The position numbers were made by a program, and so were the translations under genes. From contig OZ024759.1 of NCBI GenBank assembly GCA_964016885.1, positions 9,920,001-9,984,000 of the forward strand: a stretch of 64,000 nucleotides of DNA, given 5' to 3'. The stretch is from Eledone cirrhosa (lineage: Eukaryota). The notes beneath the pieces were generated by a model. That model was given only the letters and a program-made list of their open reading frames with translations. It was not told where the DNA came from and ran no database searches. Every line of letters starts with the position of its first letter. Positions within the stretch are counted from its first letter, which is position 1. This document shows, one piece after another, positions 1 to 14,100 of this stretch.

Positions 1-750
1 TTATATATACACACATTATATATACACTCATTATATATATATATACATTATATATACACACATTATATATACACTCATTATATATACACTCATTATATAT
101 ATATATATACATTATATATACACTCATTATATATATATATATACATTATATATACACACATTATATATACACTCATTATATATACACTCATTATATATAT
201 ATATATATATATACATTATATATACACACATTATATATACACTCATTATATATATATACATACAAGGGCGGTGGATTGGCAGTATAGGTAGAGAGTCGGA
301 CACCATGCTTTGCAGCATAGAGTTACGGCCCTTTACAATCTGAGTTCAAATCCCACCGAGGTTAACTTTGCCTTTCATCCTTACGGGGTCGATAAAATAA
401 AGTACCAGTAATGTACTGGGTAATTGCTGGCCTTGTGCCTAAAGTAGAAACAATTATATATATACATTATATATATACACATTATATATACGCACATTAT
501 ATATACACATTATATATACACACATATATACACACATTATATATATATACACCCATTATATATATACACACATATATACACACATTATATATACACACAT
601 TATATATACATTATATATACACACATATATATACACACACATTATATATACACACATTATATATACACACATTATATATACACACACATTATATATACAC
701 ACACACATTATATACACACACACACATTATATACACACACCCATTATATA
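1..750. repeat. TA/CA-rich compound microsatellite with a SINE inserted at ~266-456
   Basis: (cattatatatacaca)n-like repeats. Confidence 0.9.
266..456 (+). mobile_element. tRNA-derived SINE with Meta-type core (octopod OK-like family)
   Basis: A-box (tggcagtataggtaga), B-box (gagttcaaatccc), core ttgcctttcatccttacggggtcgataaaataaagtacc, att tail; about 25 full or partial copies in the window. Confidence 0.85.
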
Positions 751-1194
751 TGGCATCCAACACCAGGATTGAGGGTCCGCTGTGAGGAGGGTTCTTTGTG
801 GCCAACTGGCCTGACATCTGGTGCCAGGCTCTGAAATCATGGCTCCTGAAATCAATTGTGCGAAGGGTTTGGTGCAGCCAACTGGCCAGACCCTCATCAT
901 AGCTGAACCATGCGGCATCTGACACCTCAACTGTGGGTCCACTTTATGAAGGGTTCGGAGCAGCCAACCGGCCAGTCCCTCATCATAGAGGTGAAGAAGA
1001 TGTCCCCAGATGAAGTGGCAACAGACAATTGACTGAAACCCATAAATGAAAGTTGGACCGATGCAGCACACCATGACCATTGGAGCAGCTTGGCTGCCTC
1101 GTGTGTCTCAAGACTCGGGAGCATCTATGTCTAAATCCATTTGACATTGTTGTAGCTTTCAAACCATAAACCTAGACACTTCAATGCTTCAATC

Positions 1195-2055
1195 AAACTA
1201 AAATGGCCTGTATCTGGTCAGAATTATCTCACCTCATTCTGTTCAAACCAGCTGTAACTGGCCATTCATTCTGACTTTAAGGTATTCTCAAACTAAAATC
1301 TTTGTAATCTCATAGTTTCAATATTATGTGAGATATTATGTAAGGTAAAGTCTTTACTGTGACAATACAATAGTATATATAGAGTAATGTAAATGTTATG
1401 TGAGATATTATGTGAGGTAAAGCCTTTACTGTGACAATACAATAGTATATATAGAGTAATGTAAATGTTATGTGAGATATTATGTGAGGTAAAGCCTTTA
1501 CTGTGAAAATACAATAGTATATATAGAGTAATGTAAATGTTATGCGAGATATTATGTGAGGTAAAACCTTTACTGTGAAAATACAATAGTATATATAGAG
1601 TAATGTAAATGTTATGTGAGATATTATGTGAGGTAAAGCCTTTACTGTGACAATACAATAGTATATATAGAGTAATGTAAATGTTATGTGAGATATTATG
1701 TGAGGTAAAGCCTTTACTGTGACAATACAATAGTATATATAGTGTAATGGAAATGTTATGTCAGATATTATGTGAGGTAAAGACTTTACTGTGACAATAC
1801 AATAGTATATATAGTGTAATGGAAATGTTATGTGAGATATTATGTGAGGTAAAGCCTTTACTGTGACAATACAATAGTATATATAGAGTAATGTAATTGT
1901 TATGTGAGGTATTATGTGAGGTAAAGCCTTTACTGTAAAAATGCAATAGTATATATAGAGTAATGTAAATGTTATGTGAGGTATTATGTGAGGTAAAGCT
2001 TTTACTGTAAAAATACAATAGTATATATAGAGTAATGTGAATGGTAAAGGGTTAA
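1195..2055 (+). mobile_element. TTAA/piggyBac-like MITE with internal 72-bp satellite array
   Basis: Family body plus ~10 units; ends ...taaagggTTAA. Confidence 0.75.
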
Positions 2056-2071
2056 ATTAAATATATATTAC

Positions 2072-2168
2072 CAATTTGTTTCAGAGGTTGAACCACAGAA
2101 AATCGGAACAAAGAGATGGGATTCAGCAGATGTGATGTTTGTCTCCAGCTGGATGCCAACGACTTAGC
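2072..2168 (-). CDS. MFSD10: MFSD10 coding exon 6 ([32 protein letters not shown])
   Basis: ttgtag acceptor, 97 nt, GTAATA donor; matches the central-loop 'LL.P..LFRFS.V' segment. Confidence 0.88.
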
Positions 2169-5100
2169 CTACAACAACAACAACAACATTAATTTCTAAG
2201 AAAATTCAAATTTCTATATTACACCCAACCACCTCACCACCTAACCACCTCACCACCCAACCACCTCACCACCCAACCACCTCACCACCCAACCACCTCA
2301 CCACCCAACCACCTCACCACCCAACCAACCAACCACCTCACCACCCAACACCTCACCACCCAACCAACCAACCACCTCACCAACAAACCACCTCACCACC
2401 CCAATCAATTTATTTCTACAAATATATGATTGCAAGCTATTTTCTTCACCTTAAAACATGTTCATCTAAGTAAGATTTAATGAAAAAAAAAAAAAACCAT
2501 AACCCACATATTTTAGAATGCACACAGTACACTATGTAAAGTCGTTGATGATAGGAAAGGCATCCATTTAAGCATAGAAAAGTTTTCTTCTTCACCAACT
2601 TGCTTCTGAGAGGGTTGAGGATTTTTTAAATATTTTCTGCTTCTTTTTAGAAGGTACTTTTCCAGAGATTCAAGCCACCCAGCACACACAAGGTTAAATT
2701 TTCCATTTAACCCTTTAGCGTAGAGCATAAAGCACTCTTCTTTTCTTTACCTTTTCTACGGAAATACTTAACACTATATACATAGATAGATAGATAGATA
2801 GATACACACACACAACTTATATAAAAAGACAGGGGATAAAGAAAAGAGGGGACACTCAGGTCCAGACCTCAAGGGTCGTTTGTTGAAAATAATAAACAAT
2901 TTGAAAGGATTTAGTAATTTAACTAACATTTTCATTATTAACCCTTTAGCATTTAAACTGGCCATATCCTGCCAGAATTCTCTCACCTCTTTCTGTTCAA
3001 ACCAGCAGTAAGTGGCTGTTCAGACTGATGTTAAGGTATTGTTTTCAACATGAATAATATCAAAATCTCATAGATTCAATATTATGAGAGATATTATGTG
3101 AGGTAAAGCCTTTACCATGAAAATATAATAGTTTATATAGAGTAATGTAAATATTATTTGAAGTAAAGCCTTTACTGTGAAAATACAATAGTATATATAG
3201 AGTAATGTAAATGTTATATGAGATATTATGTGAGGTAAAGCTGTTACTGTGAAAATACAATAGTATATAGAGAGTAATGTGAATGCTAAAGGGTTAAACT
3301 ATAGAATTAGTTAAAATGGATTTTTTAGTTACAATAATTTTGGATAGCTGGCTGACATTTAAAATTTAAAATGTCAAATACAATATGTTACTAGTGTGTT
3401 AAGTTACATCTAAGTATGTTATATGCCCCCAGGTGTTGCAAGCAGTGTGTTCAGCCAGTACTTATCCTGGTTTCATGGTGTGAAGCGACTGTGAGTACAA
3501 GACGCCAATCCATCGCAGGGTTAAACCCCCAGCTATTGCTGGTACTCATTTTCAGTTGAGTATGCTGGAGTAACATGAAATGAAGTCTTTTGCTCAAGAA
3601 CACAACACGCACACCCAGGAATCGAACCCACGACATTATGATCGTAAGTCCAACACCCTGAGTAAAACACTTCATTTCATGTCACTCCAGCATACTCAGC
3701 TGAAAATGAGTACCAGTAATAGCTGGGGGTTTAACCCTGCGATGGACTGGCGTCCTGTCCATAACAACAGTGTTAGCAGCACAATGCACGGCTGTTGATT
3801 GTCACCCAGAAATATTCTGTTTACACATTTATATTTATATACTCATACATATAAATGTATGCATATACACATATACACATAAACACATATACACAAACAC
3901 ACATACACACAAACACACATATACACACACATACACATACACACATAAACACAAACACATATACACATATATACACAAACACACATATATACATACACAC
4001 ACATATACACAAACACATATATACATACACACACCCATATACACACAAACACATACATACACACACACACACATACACATATACCCAAACACATACACAA
4101 ACACACACATACACACACACATATACACATATACACAAACACATATATACATACACACATATACACAAACACATATACATACACACACATATACACAAAC
4201 ACATATATACATATACACACACACACACACACACATATATACACAAATGCATCAGTGTATGGAAAACCTTCTAGTCTATATCCATCAATGGAGGTATGTA
4301 GTTGGTAGAAACATGAATAAAATAATTACTCACCCTTTTACTGGGAGGCAGGGACTCGTTCAGGCAGAATATGATGAACAATATATCTGTTAGGATTAAA
4401 CCAAGAGCAAATAGAGCAGGGATTGCAAATAGACCCTGCTGTTTCCCAGCCATCTTTGAGAACATGGCACCAATAAAAGGACCAAAGATGAATCCAAGAG
4501 AAAAAGCAATCCCGATCAGAGCCTAAGGAGTAAAGAGAAGAGTGATGCTAGAGCTGTGAAAGGAGTAAAGAGAAGAGTGATGCTAGAGCTGTGAAAGGAG
4601 TAAAGAGAAGAGTGATGCTAGAGCTGTGAAAGGAGTAAAGAGAAGAGTGATGCTAGAGCTGTGAAAGGAGTAAAGAGAAGAGTTATGCTAGAGCTGTGAA
4701 AGGAGTAAAGAGAAGATTTTTATACATGAATCAAACATCAACAGGGTTCTTTGGGAATATGTTTGTTTATTATTATTATTTAGGGCGGTGGATTGGCAGT
4801 ATCGGTAGAGGCTCGGACGTCATGCTTTGACGCATAGAGTTACGGCCCTTGCCATTCTGAGTTCAAATCCCGCCGAGGTTAACTTTGCCTTTCATCCTGA
4901 CGGGGTCGATAAAATAAAGTACCAGTAATACACTGGGTAATTGCTGGCCTTGTGCCAAAAGTAGAAACAATTATTATTTACGTCCCTTTACGGACTGAGT
5001 TCAAAGAGTTACCTCCCTTTATGGTTTGAGTTCAAATCCCACCGAGGTTAACTTTGCCTTTCATCCTTTCAATGTCGATAAAATAAAGTACCAGTAATAC

Positions 5101-8100
5101 ACTGGGATAATTGCTGGCCTTGTGCCAAAAGTAGAAACAATTATTTGGCAGTATCGGTAGAGGGTCGAACGCCATGCTTTGTAGCATAGAGTTACGCCCC
5201 TTTACGGTCTGAGTTCAAATTCCGTTGAGGTTAACTTTGCCTTTCATCCTTACGGGGTCGATAAATTAAAGTACCAGTAATACACTGATATAATTGCTGG
5301 CCTTGTGCCAAAAGTAGAAACAATTATTATTATTCCCATTATTATATGAGCGTGGATTGGCAGTATCGGTAGAGGGTCGGACGCCATGCTTTCCAGCATA
5401 GTTACGTCCCTTTACGATCTGAGTTCAAATCCCGCCGAGGTTGACTTTGCCTTTCATCCTTATGGGGTCGATAAAATAAAGTACCAGTAATGCACTGGAT
5501 ATTTGCTGGCCTTGTGCCTAAAGTAGAAACAATTATTATTCCCATTATTATTTTTATTGCATATCATTACTGCTTTACTGAGCACAGCTGTGTGGGCCTT
5601 GGGTATGTGCAGTGTAGTTTTTATGGTGTTGTTTCTATTGTATTGATAGTACTTTTCATATGTGTGCAGTGCTTAGTAGTGTTATCTTTTGTATGCTGTA
5701 TATATTTGTAAGTCTGGGATTTTGGCTATGTATTTGTCTGTGTGCTTTTTATCATTCCCAGACCACCCATTATTATAGTATTATTATTATTATTATTATT
5801 ATATATGGCGGTGGATTGGCAGTATCGGCAGAGGGTCGGATGCCATGCTTTGACGCAAAGAGTTATGACTACCTCATACTACTCCTCTCCTTGTGTGTGT
5901 GTGTGTGTGTGATTGTTGTGTGTGTAGGTGATGGTGGTGGTGGTGGTGATGGTGGTGGTGGTGGTGGTAGTGGTGATGATGGTGGTGGTGGTGGTGGTGA
6001 TGGTGATGGTGGTGGTGGTGATGGTGGTGGTGGTGGCGGTAGTGATGGCGGTGGTGGTAGTGGTGGTGGTGATGGTGGTAGTGGTTGTGTGGTGGTGGTA
6101 GTGGTTGTGTGGTGGTGGTAGTGGTTGTGTGGTGGTGGTAGTGGTTGTGTGGTGGTGGTGGTAGTGGTGGGGGTGGTGATGGTGGTAGTGGTAGTGGTGA
6201 TGGTGTGGTGGTGGTAGTGGTGGGGGTGGTAGTGGTGATGGTGTGGTGGTGGTAGTGGTGGGGGTGGTTGTGGTGGGGGTGGTAGTGGTGGTGATGGTGG
6301 TAGTGATGGTGGTAGTGGTGGTGTGGTGGTGGTGGTGATGGTAGTGGTGGTGAAGCTGGGGGTGGTGGTGGTAGTGGTGGTGGTGGTAGTGGTGGTGGTA
6401 TTGGTGATGGTGGTAATGGTAGTGGTGGTGTTGGTGGTGGTGGTGGTGGTGTTGGTGGTGGTGGTGGTGGTGGTGGTGGTGGTGTTGGTGGTGGTGGTGG
6501 TGGTAGTAGTGCTGATGATGGTAGTGGTGGCTGTGGTAGTGATGATGATGATGGTGGTGGTGGTGGTGGTGATTTATGATACTAAGAGATACTAATGACA
6601 AATTGCTATTTAATCGCAGGTCATCTATCATTGATCAAAAGACAGTCCATCCCGTCTGCCATTTTATGAGACAGCTTATATGATATATCGAAGATCACAT
6701 TATTGAATATGTCCCACCTTTTATTTCAAGATAGTCGGATAGCTTGATTGATATTTCTAGCATCAAGAATGACCACATAGAGGACACTGTCATTAACTTA
6801 CAAGACAAGTTTTATATCTAGGTCAGAGACTGATATGTCCATACTAAGTAGATCAAATAAAAGTTTAAACTAATTAGTAGAGGCATATATTACCACTTAG
6901 TTTACGGTTTCTCATATACAAATATAACCTACATATTAAGTAGGTTTTTATTTACAAGCTCAATTCAACTTTTCATAAACATCAAATACTGTTTGATACA
7001 ACACAACTTCTACTTAACCCTTTAGCATTTAAACTGTCCATATCTGGTCAGAATTATCTCACCTCTTTCTGCTCAAACTGACCGTAACTGGCCACTCATT
7101 CTGATGTTAAGGTATTGTTCTCAAAATAGATAATTGTTTCTACGTTTGGCATAAGGCCAGCAATTACCCAGTGCATTACTGGTACTTTATTTTATCTACC
7201 CCGTCAGGATGAAAGGCAAAGTTAACCTTGGCGGGATTTGAACTCAGAATAGATAAATAGATAATATCAAAATCTCATAGATTTTGATATTATGTGAGGT
7301 AAAGCCTTTACTGTGACAATACAATAGTATATATAGAGTAATGTAAATGTTATGTGAGATATTATGAGAGGTAAAGCCTTTACTGTGAAAATACAATAGT
7401 ATATATAGAGTAATGTAAATGTTGTGAGGTATTATGTGAGGTAAAGCCTTTACTGTGACGATACAATAGTATATATAGAGTAATGTAAATGTTATGTGAG
7501 ATATTATGTGAGGTAAAGCCTTTACTGTGAAAATACAATAGTATATATAGAGTAATGTAAATGTTGTGTGAGGTATTATGTGAGGTAAAGCCTTTACTGT
7601 GACAATACAATAGTATATATAGAGTAATGTAAATGTTATGTGAGATATTATGTGAGGTAAAGCCTTTACTGTGACAATACAATAGTATATATAGAGTAAT
7701 GTAAATGTTATGTGAGATATTATGTAAGGTAAAGCCTTTACTGTGAAAATACAATAGTATATATAGAGTAATGTAAATGTTATGTGAGATATTATGTGAG
7801 GTAAAGCCTTTACTGTGAAAATACAATAGTATATATAGAGTAATGTAAATGTTATGTGAGATATTATGTAAGGTAAAGCCTTTACTGTGAAAATACAATA
7901 GTATATATAGAGTAATGTAAATGTTATGTGAAATATTATGTGAGGTAAAGTCTTTACTGTGAAAATACAATAGTATATATAGAGTAATGTAAATGTTATG
8001 TGAGATATTATGTGAGGTAAAGCCTTTACTGTGAAAATACAATAGTATATATAGAGTAATGTAAATGTTATGTGAGATATTATGTAAGGTAAAGCCTTTA

Positions 8101-11100
8101 CTGTGAAAATACAATAGTATATATAGAGTAATGTAAATGTTATGTGAAATATTATGTGAGGTAAAGTCTTTACTGTGACAATATAATAGTATATATAGAG
8201 TAATGTAAATGTTATGTGAGATATTATGTGAGGTAAAGCCTTTACTGTGAAAATACAATAGTATATATAGAGTAATGTAAATGTTGTGTGAGGTATTATG
8301 TGAGGTAAAGCCTTTACTGTGACAATACAATAGTATATATAGAGTAATGTAAATGTTATGTGAGATATTATGTGAGGTAAAGCCTTTACTGTGACAATAC
8401 AATAGTATATATAGAGTAATGTAAATGTTGTGAGATATTATGTGAGGTAAAGCCTTTACTGTGAAAATACAATAGTATATATAGAGTAATGTAAATGTTA
8501 TGCGAGATATTATGTGAGGTAAAGCCTTTACTGTGACAATACAATAGTATATATAGAGTAATGTAAATGTTATGTGAGATATTATGTAAGGTAAAGCCTT
8601 TACTGTGAAAATACAATAGTATATATAGAGTAATGTAAATGTTATGTGAAATATTATGTGAGGTAAAGCCTTTACTGTGAAAATACAATAGTATATATAG
8701 AGTAATGTAAATGTTATGTGAGATATTATGTGAGGTAAAGCCTTTACTGTGAAAATACAATAGTATATATAGAGTAATGTAAATGTTATGTGAGATATTA
8801 TGTAAGGTAAAGCCTTTACTGTGAAAATACAATAGTATATATAGAGTAATGTAAATGTTATGTGAAATATTATGTGAGGTAAAGTCTTTACTGTGACAAT
8901 ATAATAGTATATATAGAGTAATGTAAATGTTATGTGAGATATTATGTGAGGTAAAGCCTTTACTGTGAAAATACAATAGTATATATAGAGTAATGTAAAT
9001 GTTATGTGAGATATTATGTGAGGTAAAGCCTTTACTGTGACAATACAATAGTATATATAGAGTAATGTAAATGGTATGTGAGGTATTATGTGAGGTAAAG
9101 CCTTTACTGTGACAATACAATAGTATATATAGAGTAATGTAAATGTTATGTGAGATATTATGTGAGGTAAAGCCTTTACTGTGAAAATACAATAGTATAT
9201 ATAGAGTAATGTAAATGTTATGTGAGATATTATGTGAGGTAAAGTGTTTACTGTGACAATACAATAGTATATATAGAGTAATGTAAATGTTATGTGAGAT
9301 ATTATGTGAGGTAAAGCCTTTACTGTGACAATACAATAATATATATAGAGTAATGTAAATGGTATGTGAGGTATTATGTGAGGTAAAGCCTTTACTGTGA
9401 AAATACAATAGTATATATAGAGCCATGTGAATGCTAAAGGATTAAATATTTAAAACAAATACATACTTTAGAAACCTGTTTTAATCAATCTCTACTATGA
9501 TCAAATACCTCTTAATTCAATTCAAACTATAAATTCTTTAGCTATTATATTCACCATCATCATTTAATGTCCCCCGTCCCTGCTAGCAATGGTTGGACAG
9601 GTCTACATAGACCAACAGTACTGAAGTGGAGCTATTGACCTCCAAGACAGCCTTACATTCTATCAAGTGTACAGGAGAGGTTGTCATGTTTTGACTCAAC
9701 CAAAGGGTCTTCCTAACTCTTTGTTTGGAACACTTTCTATGGCTGGATGCCCTTCCTATCACAAACACTAGAGAGGTTGTCCTGTCCTTGACACAATTGA
9801 AGTGTGTTCAACCGCCTTTTATTGTATATATTGCCCTCAACTAAATACAAATGTCCATGTCACTAATACATTTTTACTGTAAACACTTTACCTCACATAA
9901 TTATTTCACATAATATTGAATCTATGAGATTTTGATATTATATATTTTGAGAACAATACCTTAACATCAGTATGAGTGGTCAGTTACAGCCAATTTGAAC
10001 AGAAAGACGTGAGAGAATTCTGGCCAGATATGACTGGTTTAACCCTTTCACATTTCCTTTACTCTATATATACTATTATATTTTCACAGTAAAGGCTTTA
10101 CCTCCCATAATATCTCACATAACATTTACATTACTCTATATATACTATTATATTTTCACAGTAAAGGCTTTACCTCACATAATATCTCACATTACATTTA
10201 CATTACTCTATATATACTATTATATTGTCACAGTAAAGGCTTTACCTCACATAATATCTCGCATAACATTTACATTACTCTATATATACTATTATATTTT
10301 CACAGTAAAGGCTTTACCTCACATAATATCTCACATAACATTTACATTACTCTATATATACTATTGTATTTTCACAGTAAAGTCTTTACCTCACATAATA
10401 TCTCACAACATTTACATTACTCTATATATACTATTGTATTTTCACAGTAAAGACTTTACCTCACATAACATTTACATTACTCTATATATACTATTGTATT
10501 TTCACAGTAAAGGCTTTACCTCACATAATATCTCACATAACATTTACATTACTCTATATATACTATTGTATTTTCACAGTAAAGGCTTTACCTCACATAA
10601 TATCTCACATAACATTTACATTAATCTATATATACTATTGTATTTTCACAGTAAAGACTTTATCACACATAATTATCTCTACTCTATATATACTATTGTA
10701 TTTTCTCAGTAAAGGCTTTATCTCAAATAATTATCTCACATAATATCAAATCTACGAGATTTTGATATTATTTATTTTGAGAACAATACCTTAACATAAG
10801 TATGAGCAGCCAGTTATAGTCAGTTTGAACAGAAAGAGGCGAGAGAATTCTGGCTGGATATGGCCAGTTTAAATGCTAAAGGGTTAAAGATGTGACATGT
10901 TTTTATTATAAATTCAACAAAATATCAACATTTCTCATCAGCTTTTCATCATCGTAGTCCTTATTTTTATGTCTACTTTTCCACAGTTGAAAGGGTTGGA
11001 CAGGTCCTTCTCAGCACAGCATCTCTCCCCTGGTTGTGTTCCTGGCATGGGTTGGACAGGTCCTTCTCAGTACAGCATCTCTCCCCTGATTGTGTTCCAG

Positions 11101-14100
11101 GCATGGGTTGGACAGGTCCTTCTCAGTACAGCATCTCTCCCCTGGTTGTGTTCCTGGCATGGGTTGGACAGGTCCTTCTCAGCACAGCATCTCTCCCCTG
11201 ATTGTGTTCCTGGCATGGGTTGGACAGGTCCTTCTCAGCACACCATCTCTCCCCTGATTGTGTTCCAGGCATGGGTTGGACAGGTCCTTCTCAGCACACC
11301 ATCTCTCCACTGATTGTGTTCCTGGCATGGGTTGGACAGGTCCTTCTCAGCATACCATCTCTCCACTGATTGTGTTCCTGGCATGGGTTGAACATGTCCT
11401 TCTCAGCACACCATCTCTCTCCTGGTTGTGTTCCTGGCATGGGCTGGACAGGTCCTTCTCAGCACAGCATCTCTCCCCTGATTGTGTTCCTTGAAAGGGT
11501 TGGGTGAGTCCTTCTCAGTAATCCTTTGTCATCTCCTCTCTGAGCTTCAGTGATTTGAAGATCAGCTCACACCACCTCCATCTTGGTCTTCCTTGGTCTT
11601 CCTCTACTGCAGCTTCCTTCCACTGGCATTTCCTGGTGGTGGCGGCAATGACGGTGACAATACCAGTAATGATAGTGATGAGGATGGTGGTGATGGTGAT
11701 GATGGTGATGGTGGTGGTAATGGTGATGATGGTGGTGATGATGGTGGTGATGGTGGTGGTGATGATGGTGGTGATGATGGTGGTGATGATGGTTGTGGTG
11801 GTGATGGTGATATTGCTGAAGATGAAGGTGGTGGTAATGGTGACGATGGTGGTGATGATGATTATGATGATGGTTGTGGTGGTGATGGTGATATTGATGA
11901 TGATGATGGTGGTGGTGGTGATGGTGGTGGTGATAGTGATGATGGTTGTGGTGGTGATGGTGATATTGATGATGATGATGGTGATGATGGTGGTGATGAT
12001 GGTTGTGATGGTGATGGTGATATTGCTGATGATGATGGTGGTGGTGGTGGTGGTGATGGTGATGCCTATGATGGGGATGATAATGGTGATGATGATGATG
12101 GTGAGAATAACAGACTGAGAAGACTGCAGCCAACATGTCAATACAACGACCTAGCCCCATATTGAATTACGTAGGTATTCTTACCATTCCTCGGCCCCTT
12201 TTCTCAGCAGAAGAGACATCTGTGACTATGGCAGTAGACAGACTGATGTTACCTTTACTGACGCCACCAATAATTCTTGCGATGATGAACAACAAGAAGT
12301 TACTGGAGAGTGACCATATCAGGTGAGATATAGCTACACCTACCTGGACAAGGTGAGAGAAATAAAAAGAAAAAAAACATAGGTTAATTAAATCAGACCC
12401 TACACCTACCTGGAGAAGGTGAGATAAATTATAACATAGGTTAATTAAAACAGATCCTAATATAGTTACACCTACCTGTAGAAGGTGAGATAAATTATAA
12501 CATAGGTTAATTAAACTAAACCCTAACCCTACACCTACCTGGAGAAGGTGAGATAAATTATAACATAGGTTAATTAAAACAGATCCTAATATAGCTACAC
12601 CTACCTGGAGAAGGTGAGATAAATTATAACATAGGTTAATTAAACCAAACCCTAACCCTACACCTACCTGGAGAAGGTGAGATAAATTATAACATAGGTT
12701 AATTAAACCAAACCCTACCCTACACCTACCTGGAGAAGGTGAGATAAATTATAACATAGGTTAATTAAACCAAACCCTAACCCTACACCTACCTGGAGAA
12801 GGTGAGATAAATTATAACATAGGTTAATTAAACCAGATCCTAATATAGTTACACCTACCTGGAGAAGGTGAGATAAATTATAACAAAGGTTAATTAAACC
12901 AAACCCTAACCCTACACCTACCTGGAGAAGGTGAGATAAATTATAACATAGGTTAATTAAACCAGATCCTAATATAGTTACACCTACCTGGAGAAGGTGA
13001 GATAAATTATAACAAAGGTTAATTAAACCAAACCCTAACCCTACACCTACCTGGAGAAGGTGAGATAAATTATAACATAGGTTTGTTAAACTAGACCCCA
13101 ATATTACTTCATTAACAGACACTCATTATTCGTCAACACTTTCATTTGTTACTGTTTCCAGTCATTAGACTGTGGCCATGCTGATGTAATGCTGGTGTAA
13201 TGGTGGTGCCAGCATGGCAAATTTAATACATAGGTTATTTAGCTCCAGGAGCATGTCAATATATAGTTTAAATCTTTCTCTCTCCTAAAATAGCAGAGTT
13301 CTAAAGACAGCCATGTTGAGGGGGGTCTTTATTTACATGGCAGTAGGTGTCCCCAGCAACGACAGACTATTTTGCTAGTATATACATATACATATACATA
13401 TATATATATACACACAAACACACAGATGTAGATATAATATATATGTGCACACACATTAATTAGCAGAACAATGAAACATATCGTGAGGGTGGTAGAACAA
13501 TGAAACATATAGTGAGGATGGTAGAGGTGATTCATGAATGAATGGCTATACAACGTGTTTTCATGATAAAATGTGAATGTGAAATATGAAAGATGTAGTG
13601 CCAACATGCATATAACACCATGCACGTGTTTGTGCGCGTGTAGAGAAACATCGGCTTAGATACATGCATCAACATAAACATGCAAGTATCTCGTACCATT
13701 TGCTGAGAGATTCCAATACAAGTATTCATGAGAAATAGCTGTCTTTTGACTTATCCTTCACCCTTAGGTGAGACAGCCAGCACAACTTCACACCAGCAGT
13801 CTCTGTTTCCCCATCAAGGTTTGTAGGTCTTCCTTGCCAATTCAGGTGTCTGCTGCTATGGTATCCTGGTATGTAAGCTTTCTGATAGAAGAGATCATCC
13901 AAAACAAGAGGTCTGAAACCATCTCATACTTTACACGGAAGCAGTGACCAGCAAACCTTGTACAACATTCAACCAGTCGTGCACTTACTTTTGGGAATTT
14001 CCGTATATCTGATTAAGCGTGTGATGGGTCTGCCAAGGAATATTTTAAGCCTTTCTAAGAAGGGTAGTGTAACATTCATCTAAACGGCTCAGTAGACGGG

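Noticed and set aside
750-1135. Possible further MFSD10 exon or gene in unique-looking sequence
   Set aside because: No recognisable next MFSD10 motif (YFLYLF.FSGLE); probably a decayed repeat that I could not assign.
5879-6631. Poly-His/Thr/Val ORFs (also 11515-12165 and 30040-31222)
   Set aside because: Trinucleotide microsatellites.
7380-9426. Long ORFs (340/346 aa, [24 protein letters not shown] repeats)
   Set aside because: Translation of the 72-bp satellite; same unit in many arrays and both orientations.
12515-13045. TTAGGG-like motif (aaaccctaacccta) in the acceptor array
   Set aside because: Fewer than two telomeric units per repeat; insufficient evidence for telomeric origin.
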